A stretch of 64,000 nucleotides of DNA from an uncultured Spirochaetota bacterium (GTDB lineage: Bacteria; Spirochaetota; Spirochaetia; SZUA-6; Fen-1364): positions 64,001 to 128,000 of the forward strand of contig CAVUXE010000015.1 in the NCBI GenBank assembly GCA_963745235.1. The letters are read 5' to 3'. Position numbers and translations under genes: made by a program. Positions 38,843 through 47,979 of the stretch are shown here, in pieces. The notes beneath the pieces were generated by a model. That model was not told the origin of the DNA. It did not search any database and was given only the letters and a program-made list of their open reading frames with translations. Numbering within the stretch: the first letter of the stretch is position 1; the number at the start of each line of letters is the position of its first letter.

Positions 38843-40525
38843 CTAAAGGATCTCAACCACCCCGCGGCTGCCGTCAACGCGGAGGGAATCCCCTGTCTTG
38901 ATCTCCTTGGTTGCGCTTGCCGTTCCGACGACCGCCGGAAGCATGAACTCCCGCGCCACCACGGCGGAGTGTGAGAGTGCGCCGCCGGCATCTGTAACCA
39001 GGCCTGCAATCTTGCTGAAGACGACGACCCACGCGGGATTGGTCATCACGCAGACCATGATCTCACCGCGCTGCACGTCGTTGAACTCCGTCGGACTGTG
39101 GACGACGCGCGCCACGCCCTCCACCACCCCGGCGGAGGCCGGCACGCCGCGCACCTCTCCCTTGACCTTCTTGAACTTCTGCTGCCGCTCGAACTTTTCC
39201 GGGTACCCCCACAACGTGTGGTAGGGTTCCTCGTACATGTTCTGCTGCGTGACCGTGCCCACCCAGTCCCGGGGGGTGATGTGCCGCGCCCTTTCCATGC
39301 TTGCCCGCGCCTCGGCAATCAGCTTCCGCCCGTCATACCCCTTCGGATTGCCGACGTACTTGCGAAGCTGCTCGTACTCGAGGAGCATGATATCCTCCGG
39401 GGCGTCCAGGAGCTTTTCCCTGACCATTTTCCGAGCCACTGTCAGCAGGACGAGCCTCATGCGGGCAAAGGTCGCCTGGTCGAAGTAGAAGTGGTGGTCC
39501 GCGGTGAGGGGGAGCATGCTGAGATTGAGCCGCAAGGCTTCTTCGAATCTCTTTTTGTCCGCCTCCGAGGCAGAGGCAAGCTTCTTGCGAAGATACAGGA
39601 TTGCGCCTTCCTGCTCCTCGATGCACTTCCCGTACACGCTGTCATAATCGAAGTTGGAATCGTAGTAGCCCTTGATCTCTCCGATGATCGGAGTCGGGTC
39701 TTCCACGGAGAGCTTTCCCGTGTATTCGTGCGTATACATGGTCTTGTACCCGAACTCCCGCGCGTACATCTCCACCTCCGCAAGGAAAGCCTTGCCGGGC
39801 GCGGATGCCTGGAGCACCGAGAGGATCTGTGAAGCGTCGGCCTTCTTGCCGAATATCGATGAGATCTCCCTGCTCGCCTTCGCCTCCTCCTTCAAGTGCC
39901 ACAGGGCCTTCAAGCTGTCCCAGTTGCGATCCGCCCGGGAGACGTTGACCTTCCCCAGGGTCTCGGAATCCACATCTCCCAGCAGGTCCTTGACCACTGA
40001 ACCGAAGTTGAGGGAGGCCTGGAACTGCGCGAGGTTGAGAATCCAGTGCAGGCGGAAGTGCCGCTCCTGGATGTCGATTGCCTCCTCGAGGTAGATCATG
40101 AGCTCCTGGAGGGTCGCCGCGTCCGCGTTGAACGTGTCGATGTACTCGAAGTTGCGCTTCACCTCCGGGAGATAGCGCTCCTGCCACCAGGACATGCAGT
40201 TGCTGGCGTACGTGGACATGATCCACAGGTAGTACGGGGCCACCTCCGCGGCGTCCTTCGAGTCCCGGGGGACGATTGCCGTATAGACGTAGCCATTTAC
40301 CCGCTTCGCTATCCAGGCGATTCCCGAATTGAGATTGAAGCGACGGAACATGTACTCGCAGGTCGGTCCCCACCAGCCATGGAGGCTGAAGTACATGGGA
40401 GAGATCGGGTTGGGGCAGTGGTTGTCATCAAAAAACCAGAAGAGCTCCTTCTCCCCGTCATTTTTCCATTCCACCGGGAAGTCCTTGTCACCCAGGAATT
40501 GTGCAAGCACCTTGGTTGAGGCCAT
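38843..40525 (-). CDS. PEP-utilising phosphohistidine swivel protein (PpsA/Rph C-part-like)
   Basis: Large helical acceptor region plus C-terminal TNPAW...GGALSHSAVVARE; GGAGG SD. Confidence 0.88.
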   Translation of the reverse strand: MASTKVLAQFLGDKDFPVEWKNDGEKELFWFFDDNHCPNPISPMYFSLHGWWGPTCEYMFRRFNLNSGIAWIAKRVNGYVYTAIVPRDSKDAAEVAPYYLWIMSTYASNCMSWWQERYLPEVKRNFEYIDTFNADAATLQELMIYLEEAIDIQERHFRLHWILNLAQFQASLNFGSVVKDLLGDVDSETLGKVNVSRADRNWDSLKALWHLKEEAKASREISSIFGKKADASQILSVLQASAPGKAFLAEVEMYAREFGYKTMYTHEYTGKLSVEDPTPIIGEIKGYYDSNFDYDSVYGKCIEEQEGAILYLRKKLASASEADKKRFEEALRLNLSMLPLTADHHFYFDQATFARMRLVLLTVARKMVREKLLDAPEDIMLLEYEQLRKYVGNPKGYDGRKLIAEARASMERARHITPRDWVGTVTQQNMYEEPYHTLWGYPEKFERQQKFKKVKGEVRGVPASAGVVEGVARVVHSPTEFNDVQRGEIMVCVMTNPAWVVVFSKIAGLVTDAGGALSHSAVVAREFMLPAVVGTASATKEIKTGDSLRVDGSRGVVEIL

Positions 40526-40555
40526 TCCTCCCTCCTTCTTCGCCACGGATTATTG

Positions 40556-40601
40556 TCTGATGATCACACACCATTCTGGTCCCCCGCTGAACGTCTGTCA
40601 A
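40556..40601 (-). promoter_or_regulatory. Promoter with a third operator copy at the predicted TSS
   Basis: TTGACA(40601-40596)-17-CAGAAT; TCTGAT-G-ATCACA at 40556-40568. Confidence 0.6.
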
Positions 40602-40667
40602 CTGAAAATTAGGCAGGAGTGAAAACGAGTGCAGAGCGTGCGCGGAGAACCGGATGCCGGGGAAGTC

Positions 40668-42095
40668 TCAGGCGAGAGCTTTCATCGGAATGGCGAAGTA
40701 TTCTTCCGCGTTGTAGAAGCAGACGTCTCGGACAATCCCGCCAAGGAGGTCGAAGTCTTTCGGCGCTTCCCCCCGCTGAACAGCATCTCCCAGAAGGCTG
40801 CAGAGCACTCGCCGGAAGCATTCGTGCCGGGGGTAGGAGAGAAAGCTGCGGGAATCCGTGACCATGCCGACAAAGCGAGCAAGGAGCCCCGTATCGGAGA
40901 GCATCTGGAGCTGCTCACGCATGCCGTGCGGTTGGTCGTTGAACCACCACGCGGACCCGAATTGCACCTTCGCCCTCACGTTCTCTCCAGAGAAGTTGCC
41001 GGCCATGCTGGCAAGAACGGGATTGTCCGACGGATTCAGACAATAGAGGATGGTCCGGGGGAGAGCGCCCTGCGAATCAAGCCTGTCGAGGAACCGGGCC
41101 AGCGCCGCGGCAAGAGGGGAATCCCCCACGGAGTCGAAGCCCGAGTTCGGCCCGAGTCTGCGCGAATAACGCGAGTTGATGTCGCGCAGGGCGCCGAGGT
41201 GAAGCTGCTGGACCCACCGCGCCTCCGCGTCCATGCGGGCAAGCTCAACCAGGACGGCGGACTTGAAAGCGCGCGCCTCCGCGGGCCCAGGCGGTCTGCC
41301 CTCGCGAGCCGCAAGAAAAATGGTCCGCACTTGTCCCTCGGTGTAATCATCAGCGTAGGGGACCTCGATCCCGTGATCCGAGATCCTGCAGCCGTTCTGG
41401 TTGAAATAGTCATGGCGTCGCGAGAGAGCATCGATCAGGTTCCCCCAATCCCTGATGGCAATGCCCGCGGCGGCGCCGAGCCTGTCCACCCAGGAATTGA
41501 ACGCCGCGGGATTTTCCACGGTCATGACGCTGTCCGGTCTGAAAGCGGGAACGACTGTCGGGGCGAATGTCCTGTCGGCGGCAAGGCGTCGGTGGTATTC
41601 GAGGGTGTCCGTCGGATCGTCCGTCGTGCACACGACGCGAACGGACATGCGCCGCAGGAGGCTGCGAACGCTGAAATCCGCGCGGGAAAGGAGTGACGAG
41701 CAGGTCTCATAGATATCCGTCGCCGTTCCCGGCCCGAGGAGCTTTCCGGAGATCCCGAAGTAGCGCTTCAGCTCGAGGTGCGTCCAGAGATACAGGGGAT
41801 TCGCGATGGTGGACGGAACCACCCCGGCCCACGCGGTGAACTTCTCCGGGTCCGAGGCGTCTCCCGTGATCAGCCGCTCCGGCACGCCGCACGCGCGCAT
41901 GGCGCGCCACTTGTAGTGGTCCCCGCCGAGCCAGATCTCCGTGATGTTTGCAAACCGCCGGTCCTCCGCGATGTCCCGGATCGGAAGGTGGCAATGAAAA
42001 TCGAAGATCGACATGCCTTCCGCGTGATCGTGATACAGCCTCCGCGCTTCCCGGCTGCCCAGAAGGAAGTCTTCATCCGGAAACTTCCCTTTCAT
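40668..42095 (-). CDS. uxaC: Uronate (glucuronate) isomerase
   Basis: DFHCHL, GDHYKWRAMR, NPLY.WTHLEL, WWFND, TDSRSFLSY.RH. Confidence 0.96.
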   Translation of the reverse strand: MKGKFPDEDFLLGSREARRLYHDHAEGMSIFDFHCHLPIRDIAEDRRFANITEIWLGGDHYKWRAMRACGVPERLITGDASDPEKFTAWAGVVPSTIANPLYLWTHLELKRYFGISGKLLGPGTATDIYETCSSLLSRADFSVRSLLRRMSVRVVCTTDDPTDTLEYHRRLAADRTFAPTVVPAFRPDSVMTVENPAAFNSWVDRLGAAAGIAIRDWGNLIDALSRRHDYFNQNGCRISDHGIEVPYADDYTEGQVRTIFLAAREGRPPGPAEARAFKSAVLVELARMDAEARWVQQLHLGALRDINSRYSRRLGPNSGFDSVGDSPLAAALARFLDRLDSQGALPRTILYCLNPSDNPVLASMAGNFSGENVRAKVQFGSAWWFNDQPHGMREQLQMLSDTGLLARFVGMVTDSRSFLSYPRHECFRRVLCSLLGDAVQRGEAPKDFDLLGGIVRDVCFYNAEEYFAIPMKALA

Positions 42096-43186
42096 TCAGC
42101 ACCTCCGCTCCCCGCATCGTCCAGGGTCTGCATGATGGCTCGCATGTAGCCGACCGAGTACGCCATGCCGGCATGCCACGGCGCCGAGCATTCGACCAGC
42201 GGCGTGTGGTCCGGGATGAGAACGCCAGGGAAGCCGTTCTTCTTCAATATACGCATGATCCTCGGCACGTCGATGTCCCCTTCGTCGATGAAGACCTCGT
42301 GGTAGCGCGGGACCCGTCCCCGGACGTTGCGCAGGTGCACGTACGCGAGCTTCCCCTGCAAGCTGTACTGGTCAGTCGCCTGGTAGACATCCCCGACGGT
42401 CATCTCTGCAATCGTGCCGACGCAGAACTCCAGCGCGTTGGAGCGGCTCGGTTTGAGATCCAGCAGCTTCTGATACAGGGAGGGCTGGTACACCAGGCGC
42501 GGCGTGCCCCGCACCGTGTCTGCCGGCGGGTCATCCGGATGCGCCGCCAGGATGACGCCGGCCTCTTCCGCCACAGGAACAAGCTCCCCCAGGAACCGCG
42601 CGAGCCTTCGCCAAAGCTCGTCATGGCTGATGGGGGCAAGCGTTCCCGCCGGCGCGTGCTGGTCGTAGACCATGTTCCAGACCATCCCTGCGGGCACGGG
42701 CGTCTGGTCGACGCCGTCCACGCCCACTGATTCCGCCCCGCCTCGCGCGAAGGGACCGGTCACGCGGCCGGCCACCCCTGCAATGCTGAAGTTGTACCCC
42801 ATGATGGGAATCCCCGCCGCACCGACGCTTCGAACCATGCGCTTCAGGTTCTCCATCTGGGCATCCCGCCGGGGCCCATCCAGGAGCACGTCATACCAGT
42901 GGGCCGGATCGAAGTTCTCGATTGCCTCCAGGGTCAACCCTCCTGCCTCCACCTGCCGCCGGATCTCCACAAGCTCCGCGGTTGTCCAGAGGGCATCCGG
43001 GTCCCCGGCAACCCCCCAGCCGCCCGCGGCGTTGTCCACGGGCTGGTTGTCCGGTGTGGTGACCGCTTCCGGCTTCCTGAAATAGTCGACGAGGTGGACC
43101 ACGATGTGCGTGCAGCCGATCTGCTTCGCGAACCGCAGGTTCGAAGGCGTGACCATGTGCCGATAGAGGCCTATCCCGAGCTTCAT
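42092..43186 (-). CDS. uxuA: Mannonate dehydratase
   Basis: ENFDP, GYNFS, HPDDPP, EFC.G, H.RNV, PDH.P. Confidence 0.92.
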   Translation of the reverse strand: MKLGIGLYRHMVTPSNLRFAKQIGCTHIVVHLVDYFRKPEAVTTPDNQPVDNAAGGWGVAGDPDALWTTAELVEIRRQVEAGGLTLEAIENFDPAHWYDVLLDGPRRDAQMENLKRMVRSVGAAGIPIMGYNFSIAGVAGRVTGPFARGGAESVGVDGVDQTPVPAGMVWNMVYDQHAPAGTLAPISHDELWRRLARFLGELVPVAEEAGVILAAHPDDPPADTVRGTPRLVYQPSLYQKLLDLKPSRSNALEFCVGTIAEMTVGDVYQATDQYSLQGKLAYVHLRNVRGRVPRYHEVFIDEGDIDVPRIMRILKKNGFPGVLIPDHTPLVECSAPWHAGMAYSVGYMRAIMQTLDDAGSGGAE

Positions 43187-43187
43187 C

Positions 43188-44014
43188 TCAGACGCAGTCC
43201 ACCAGGAAGCCGCCGTCCACGGGGATGCAGATCCCCGTGACAAAACCCGACGCCTTTTCACTCGCCAGAAAAACCACCGCGCCCGCCAGGTCGTCAGGCT
43301 CTCCAAACCGTCCGAAAGGCGTCCGTGCAATGATGTCACGGCCGCGCTGCGTGAGCTGGCCGGTTTTTCGTCCACCAGGAGCGCCTTGTTCTGCTTGCCC
43401 AGGAAGAAGCCCGGCGCAATTGCATTCACGCGGATCCCGTTGGAGGCAAACTCTTTTGCGGCAGCCATCGTGAGGTTCAGGACAGCAGCTTTTGCGGCGT
43501 CGTACGCCCACACGCCGGACAGCGGAACGTAGGAAGACATGGACGCCATGTTGATGACCGAGCCACGGGCCTTCCGTTCGATCCAGTGCCGGCACATCAC
43601 CTTGGTAGGAACCAGGAGACCGGCAACGAGGTTGAGCTTCAGGACTTCTTCGAAAAGCGCGACGTCGGTGTCCAGGAATGCGGTCTTTCCGCGGTTTCCG
43701 CCCACCGCGTTGATCAGGACGTCGATGCCGCCGTGCTTGAGAGCGCAGGCCTGCACGGCTTCCGCCATGGACGCCTCACTCTGCGCATCCGCCACGAGCC
43801 AGTCGATGCGGTCCTCAGCATCCGCCGCAAGGCCCGCCCGTTCGGACGCCTCCTGCAGAGGTTCCGCGTGCCGGCCCCAGAGGGACACTCGCGCGCCTAC
43901 CCGCAGAAGGGCCTCTCCCATCGAGCCGGCAAGCACCCCGCCTCCCCCTGTTATGACGACAGTGCGGCCTTCCAGCCCGAATCTCTGCTCAAGATACCCC
44001 GTGTTTTTCGCCAT
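43188..44014 (-). CDS. SDR, probable D-mannonate oxidoreductase (frameshift at ~43366)
   Basis: TGGGGVL, YDAAK, NAIAPGFF, TPFGRFG; lies in the uxu operon. Confidence 0.85.
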
Positions 44015-44056
44015 CGTGTGTCATCCCCCCTCAAACGCGGAATTGTTCTTTTTTTC

Positions 44057-44104
44057 TTGACAGGACAACCGAGCCGGTCCAAGATGTCTGCCATACAAGT
44101 ATGG
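44057..44104 (+). promoter_or_regulatory. GntR promoter and palindromic operator
   Basis: TTGACA-17-CAAGAT; CCATAC-AA-GTATGG at 44091-44104 (ATACnnGTAT type). Confidence 0.7.
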
Positions 44105-44811
44105 TAGCATCCGAGGGCCTGCAGGTCGAGATCCTCGAAAAGGAAAAGAATCAACCCATCCATCAGTGGGTCTATCAGACACTGAGGAACAGCATCATAA
44201 AGCTCGTGCTTCGGCCTGCCCAGCAGATAAGCGAAAACGAAGTGTCGGAAGCCCTCGGAATCAGCCGGACGCCGGTCCGGGAAGCGTTCATCCGGCTGGC
44301 GGAGGACGGGCTCATCAATGTCACGCCGCAAAAGCGATCCATCGTCTCCCTGATCGACATGGAGCAGGCAAATGAAGCCAGATTCATCCGCCTTGCAGTC
44401 GAAAAAGCGGTGCTGCGGGAGGCATGTGGAAGCCTTTCCCCGGCGGACCTTGCGGCACTGGCGTCGAACATGCAGACCCAGGAAGATTGCTGCAGCCTGC
44501 AATCCTTCGACCGGATGCTGATCGTGGACAACGATTTCCACCGCCTGATTTTCCGGGGCTGCCGCAAGGAGAGAAGCTGGCTTTACCTCAAGAAGCTTGA
44601 TTACAACTATGACAGGCTTCGCGTCATGGTCATGCCCGTCTCCATTGGCCGAATACTCTCGGAGCACAAGAAGATCATGGATCTCATCACCCGGGGAATG
44701 GCCGAAGAGGTCGAAGAAACCCTGGATCTGCACCTCACGTGGGAAATGATCAATCGGGTGGTCCTGGACTACCCGCCGCAGTATTTCTTGCAAAACAGGA
44801 GGGAACCATGA
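44101..44811 (+). CDS. GntR (FCD) regulator, RspR/UxuR-like
   Basis: SRTPVREAF..L..DGL, DNDFH, FCD domain. Confidence 0.92.
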   Translation: MVASEGLQVEILEKEKNQPIHQWVYQTLRNSIIKLVLRPAQQISENEVSEALGISRTPVREAFIRLAEDGLINVTPQKRSIVSLIDMEQANEARFIRLAVEKAVLREACGSLSPADLAALASNMQTQEDCCSLQSFDRMLIVDNDFHRLIFRGCRKERSWLYLKKLDYNYDRLRVMVMPVSIGRILSEHKKIMDLITRGMAEEVEETLDLHLTWEMINRVVLDYPPQYFLQNRREP

Positions 44812-45971
44812 AACGGTCTTTACGAACAGCGGTTTTTCTTTGCGCGCTGATCCTCGCGCCGGCCCTGCTCTTCTCCCAGGCGGACTGGTCGGGCAAGCCG
44901 GTGAAGCTCAGCATCATCGACGTGGCTGGAAACCTGCGGCTCTCCAAGCCCGCAATCGAGGCGTTCAAGGCCGCCAACCCGAAGATGATCTCCGACATCG
45001 AGTACACCATCGCGACGGCCCCCGAGCTCGTGGCAAAGATCAAGGCGCAGCAGATGGCCGGCAACCTGGACACCACCATGGTCCTGACCGGTTATGACGG
45101 AATGGCGGCCGGGAAAGAGCAGGGCGTGTGGCTCCAGGTCATGCCCAAGTACAGGGACGTCTTTCAGAAATCCATAGATTCGTACCTCCCCGGGGCCAGG
45201 GCCGCCTACAACCTGTTCGACGGGTATGGGATCGCGTACGTGTTCTGCCCCGGCGGTCCCATGTTCACGTACAACCCGGACACGGTGAAGACTCCGCCCA
45301 AGACCGCCGCACAGCTGCTGGCGTGGGCGAAGGCCAACCCCGGCAAGTTCCTCTATGCAAGGCCCGCGAACTCGGGTCCGGGACGGGCCTTCCTCCAGGG
45401 GCTGCCGTATATCCTCGGTGACTCCAACCCGAAAGACCCCGCCACCTGGACAAAGACCTGGGCGTACCTGAAGGAGCTGGATTCCTACATCGACTATTAT
45501 CCGTCGGGGACCGCGATCACCTTCAAGGAGCTGGCGGAGGGGACCCGGTGGATCCTCGCGAGCCACCTGGGCTGGGACATGAACATGCGCATCCTTTCCA
45601 CCATCCCGGCAAACTTCCAGGCCTTCTTCCTGGATCACACGACCTGGGTCAACGACACCCAGTTCATGGTCATCCCCACGGGCCTGGACCCAAGCCGTGA
45701 GAAGGCCACCGTCGCGCTCATGGAGTGGCTCATGCAGCCTGCCCAGCAGGCTGTCACCTACGACGACGGGTACTTCTATCCGGGGCCGGCAATCAAGGGC
45801 GTCCCTCTGAGCATGGCCCCCATGAGCAGCCAGGAACGAATCAAGCCCGCCATGCGCGCGGCGTATGACCAGGCGGCCGCGAAGTTCCCCAACGCATCCC
45901 AGCTGGACGCCAAGCCGCTCGTGGAGGCCTTCGACATGTGGGACAAGCTGGTGGGCGCGAAGATAAAGTAG
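44808..45971 (+). CDS. ABC substrate-binding protein (PotD/polyamine-type fold)
   Basis: Signal peptide, YARPANSGPGR, YD.GYFYPGPA. Confidence 0.85.
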   Translation: MKRSLRTAVFLCALILAPALLFSQADWSGKPVKLSIIDVAGNLRLSKPAIEAFKAANPKMISDIEYTIATAPELVAKIKAQQMAGNLDTTMVLTGYDGMAAGKEQGVWLQVMPKYRDVFQKSIDSYLPGARAAYNLFDGYGIAYVFCPGGPMFTYNPDTVKTPPKTAAQLLAWAKANPGKFLYARPANSGPGRAFLQGLPYILGDSNPKDPATWTKTWAYLKELDSYIDYYPSGTAITFKELAEGTRWILASHLGWDMNMRILSTIPANFQAFFLDHTTWVNDTQFMVIPTGLDPSREKATVALMEWLMQPAQQAVTYDDGYFYPGPAIKGVPLSMAPMSSQERIKPAMRAAYDQAAAKFPNASQLDAKPLVEAFDMWDKLVGAKIK

Positions 45972-45988
45972 CGGAAACAAGGCCGGGC

Positions 45989-47115
45989 ATGAAGGACTTC
46001 ACTCAGTTCGTTGTCCGGAACGTGACGAAGGAGTTCGCCGGGAAGACCGCGCTCTCCGATTTCTCCCTGACGATCTCTCACGGGGAGTTCGTCACGTTCC
46101 TGGGCCCGTCGGGATGCGGGAAATCCACGGCGCTCAACTGCGTGGCGGGGCTGCTTCCCATCACGCGCGGGGAGATCTCCATAGACGGTGACCCCATCGA
46201 TGACGGGAGAAAAAAGGTGCCGCCGGAGAAGCGCGGGTTCGGCATGGTGTTCCAGAACTACGCGCTTTTCCCGCACCTTTCCGTGTTCGGGAACGTCGCC
46301 TTCGGCCTCCACATCCGCAAGCTGCCCAAAGCGACGGTGAGGGACAGGGTGCTCGCCGCTCTCAGGCTGGTGCACCTGGAGGGCCACGAGGGGAGGTTCC
46401 CCGCCCAGCTGTCGGGGGGGAGCAGCAGCGGGTCGCCATCGCCCGATGCATCGTGCTGGAGCCTCGGCTCCTCATGCTGGACGAGCCCCTGTCCAACCTG
46501 GACGCAAAGCTCCGCGTGGAGATGCGCAACGAGCTCCTGGCGCTTCACACGCGCCTGAAGGTCACCACCATCTACGTCACGCACGACCAGCAGGAGGCGC
46601 TGGCTCTCTCGGACCGCATCGTGGTGATGCGGCTGGGCCGCATTCAACAGGTCGGCACACCCCAGCAGGTCTATTCGGACCCGGCCAACCTTTTCGTGGC
46701 AGATTTCATGGGGTTCAAGAACATCTGGGAGGGGGAGCTGGAATCCGTTCAAGAGAGGGTTGACGGTCTTGACGCGCAGATCGGCGTTTCGGGACTTCGC
46801 CTGCGTGCGCGGCTTTCCTATCCCGAAGGGGACCCGCGCAGGGCCGCCCTGGTGGCCGCATCCCGGGGGGACAGGAAAGTGAGCACCGCCATCCGGCCTG
46901 AGGACATTTGCCTGGGCAGGAACCCGGATGGCTCCAGCGTGCGCGCGCAGGTGAGCCTGGTGGAGTACCAGGGGCAAAGCAGCTTCGTGACGGCCCGGGC
47001 GGAAAACGGCATGACAATCGAGCTCAGGCCAACCGCCCCCGTGCGCATGGCTGACGCCCTGGAGCTCGCGATTCCGGCGGAAAAGATGTTCGTGTTCGCG
47101 GGAGGGAAGGACTAG
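45989..47115 (+). CDS. ABC ATPase, PotA-like (frameshift at G7 run ~46414-46420)
   Basis: [22 protein letters not shown]|[16 protein letters not shown]. Confidence 0.9.
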
Positions 47116-47117
47116 CC

Positions 47118-47975
47118 ATGCCGCAGGGACTGAAAGGCGGCCGGTTTCTTCTCCTCCTGCCCGCCCTCGCTTTCGTGTTCCTCCTCTTCGTCTACCCGTT
47201 CCTGTACGGGTTGTTCCTCAGCTTCACCAACCCCGCCGGGTCTCCGACGCTTGCCAACTACGCGCGGTTCTTCCTGGATCCGTGGGAGTCCCGGACGATC
47301 TGGGTAACGCTGTGGATCGCCGTGCCCGCCACGCTCATCAATGTCGCGCTGGCAATTCCATTCGCCGTTTTCATGAGACACGGAATCCGCGGGGAAAAGA
47401 TCGTCACCTTCTTCCTGATCGTCCCCCTGACCCTCGGGACGGTGCTCGTCTCGGAGGGGATGCTCACCTACATGGGGCCCAACGGGTGGCTCAACCAGCT
47501 TCTGCTGGCCATCCACCTGGTCGGGAAGCCCGTGCGGTTCACGCACAACTACACAGGCGTCCTCCTCTCCCTGGTCATCCAGGGCTTCCCCTTCGCGTTT
47601 CTCATGATCCTGGGCTACGTCTCGGGCATCAATCCCGACCTCGAAAAGGCGAGCCAGATGCTCGGCGCCTCGCGCCTGCAGACCTTTTCCCGGGTGCTCT
47701 TTCCCCTCATGGTGCCGGGCATCGCAATCTGCTTCTGCCTGAACTTCGTGATGGCCTTCTCCGTGTTCCCGTCCGCCATGCTCCTGGGGGAGCCGTCGGG
47801 TCCGACCCGCGTCATCGCCATTGCCGCCTGGCAGTGGGCCTTCGAGAAGTTCGATTTCAACACGGCCTCCGCAATCTCCATGGTCATGGCGGTGATCGAG
47901 CTCATCGTCATCTCCGCGGTCCTCGTGTGGAGAAACCAGATGTACCGGGGCGCCTCCATGGTTGGGAAGGGATAG
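47118..47975 (+). CDS. ABC permease, PotB-like
   Basis: TM helices, EKASQMLGA (EAA loop). Confidence 0.9.
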   Translation: MPQGLKGGRFLLLLPALAFVFLLFVYPFLYGLFLSFTNPAGSPTLANYARFFLDPWESRTIWVTLWIAVPATLINVALAIPFAVFMRHGIRGEKIVTFFLIVPLTLGTVLVSEGMLTYMGPNGWLNQLLLAIHLVGKPVRFTHNYTGVLLSLVIQGFPFAFLMILGYVSGINPDLEKASQMLGASRLQTFSRVLFPLMVPGIAICFCLNFVMAFSVFPSAMLLGEPSGPTRVIAIAAWQWAFEKFDFNTASAISMVMAVIELIVISAVLVWRNQMYRGASMVGKG

Positions 47976-47979
47976 CGTG

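Noticed and set aside
35189-40525. Rifampin phosphotransferase or PEP synthase
   Set aside because: Split architecture, no pyruvate-binding barrel, and catabolic regulon context
24621-40601. Mobile genomic island
   Set aside because: No integrase, transposase, tRNA target or att repeats seen, and no obvious compositional shift
42092-44014. Apparent 640-aa SDR-UxuA fusion in the ORF track
   Set aside because: Caused by a missing A at ~43366; the true SDR C-terminus with its own stop at 43188 is present in another frame
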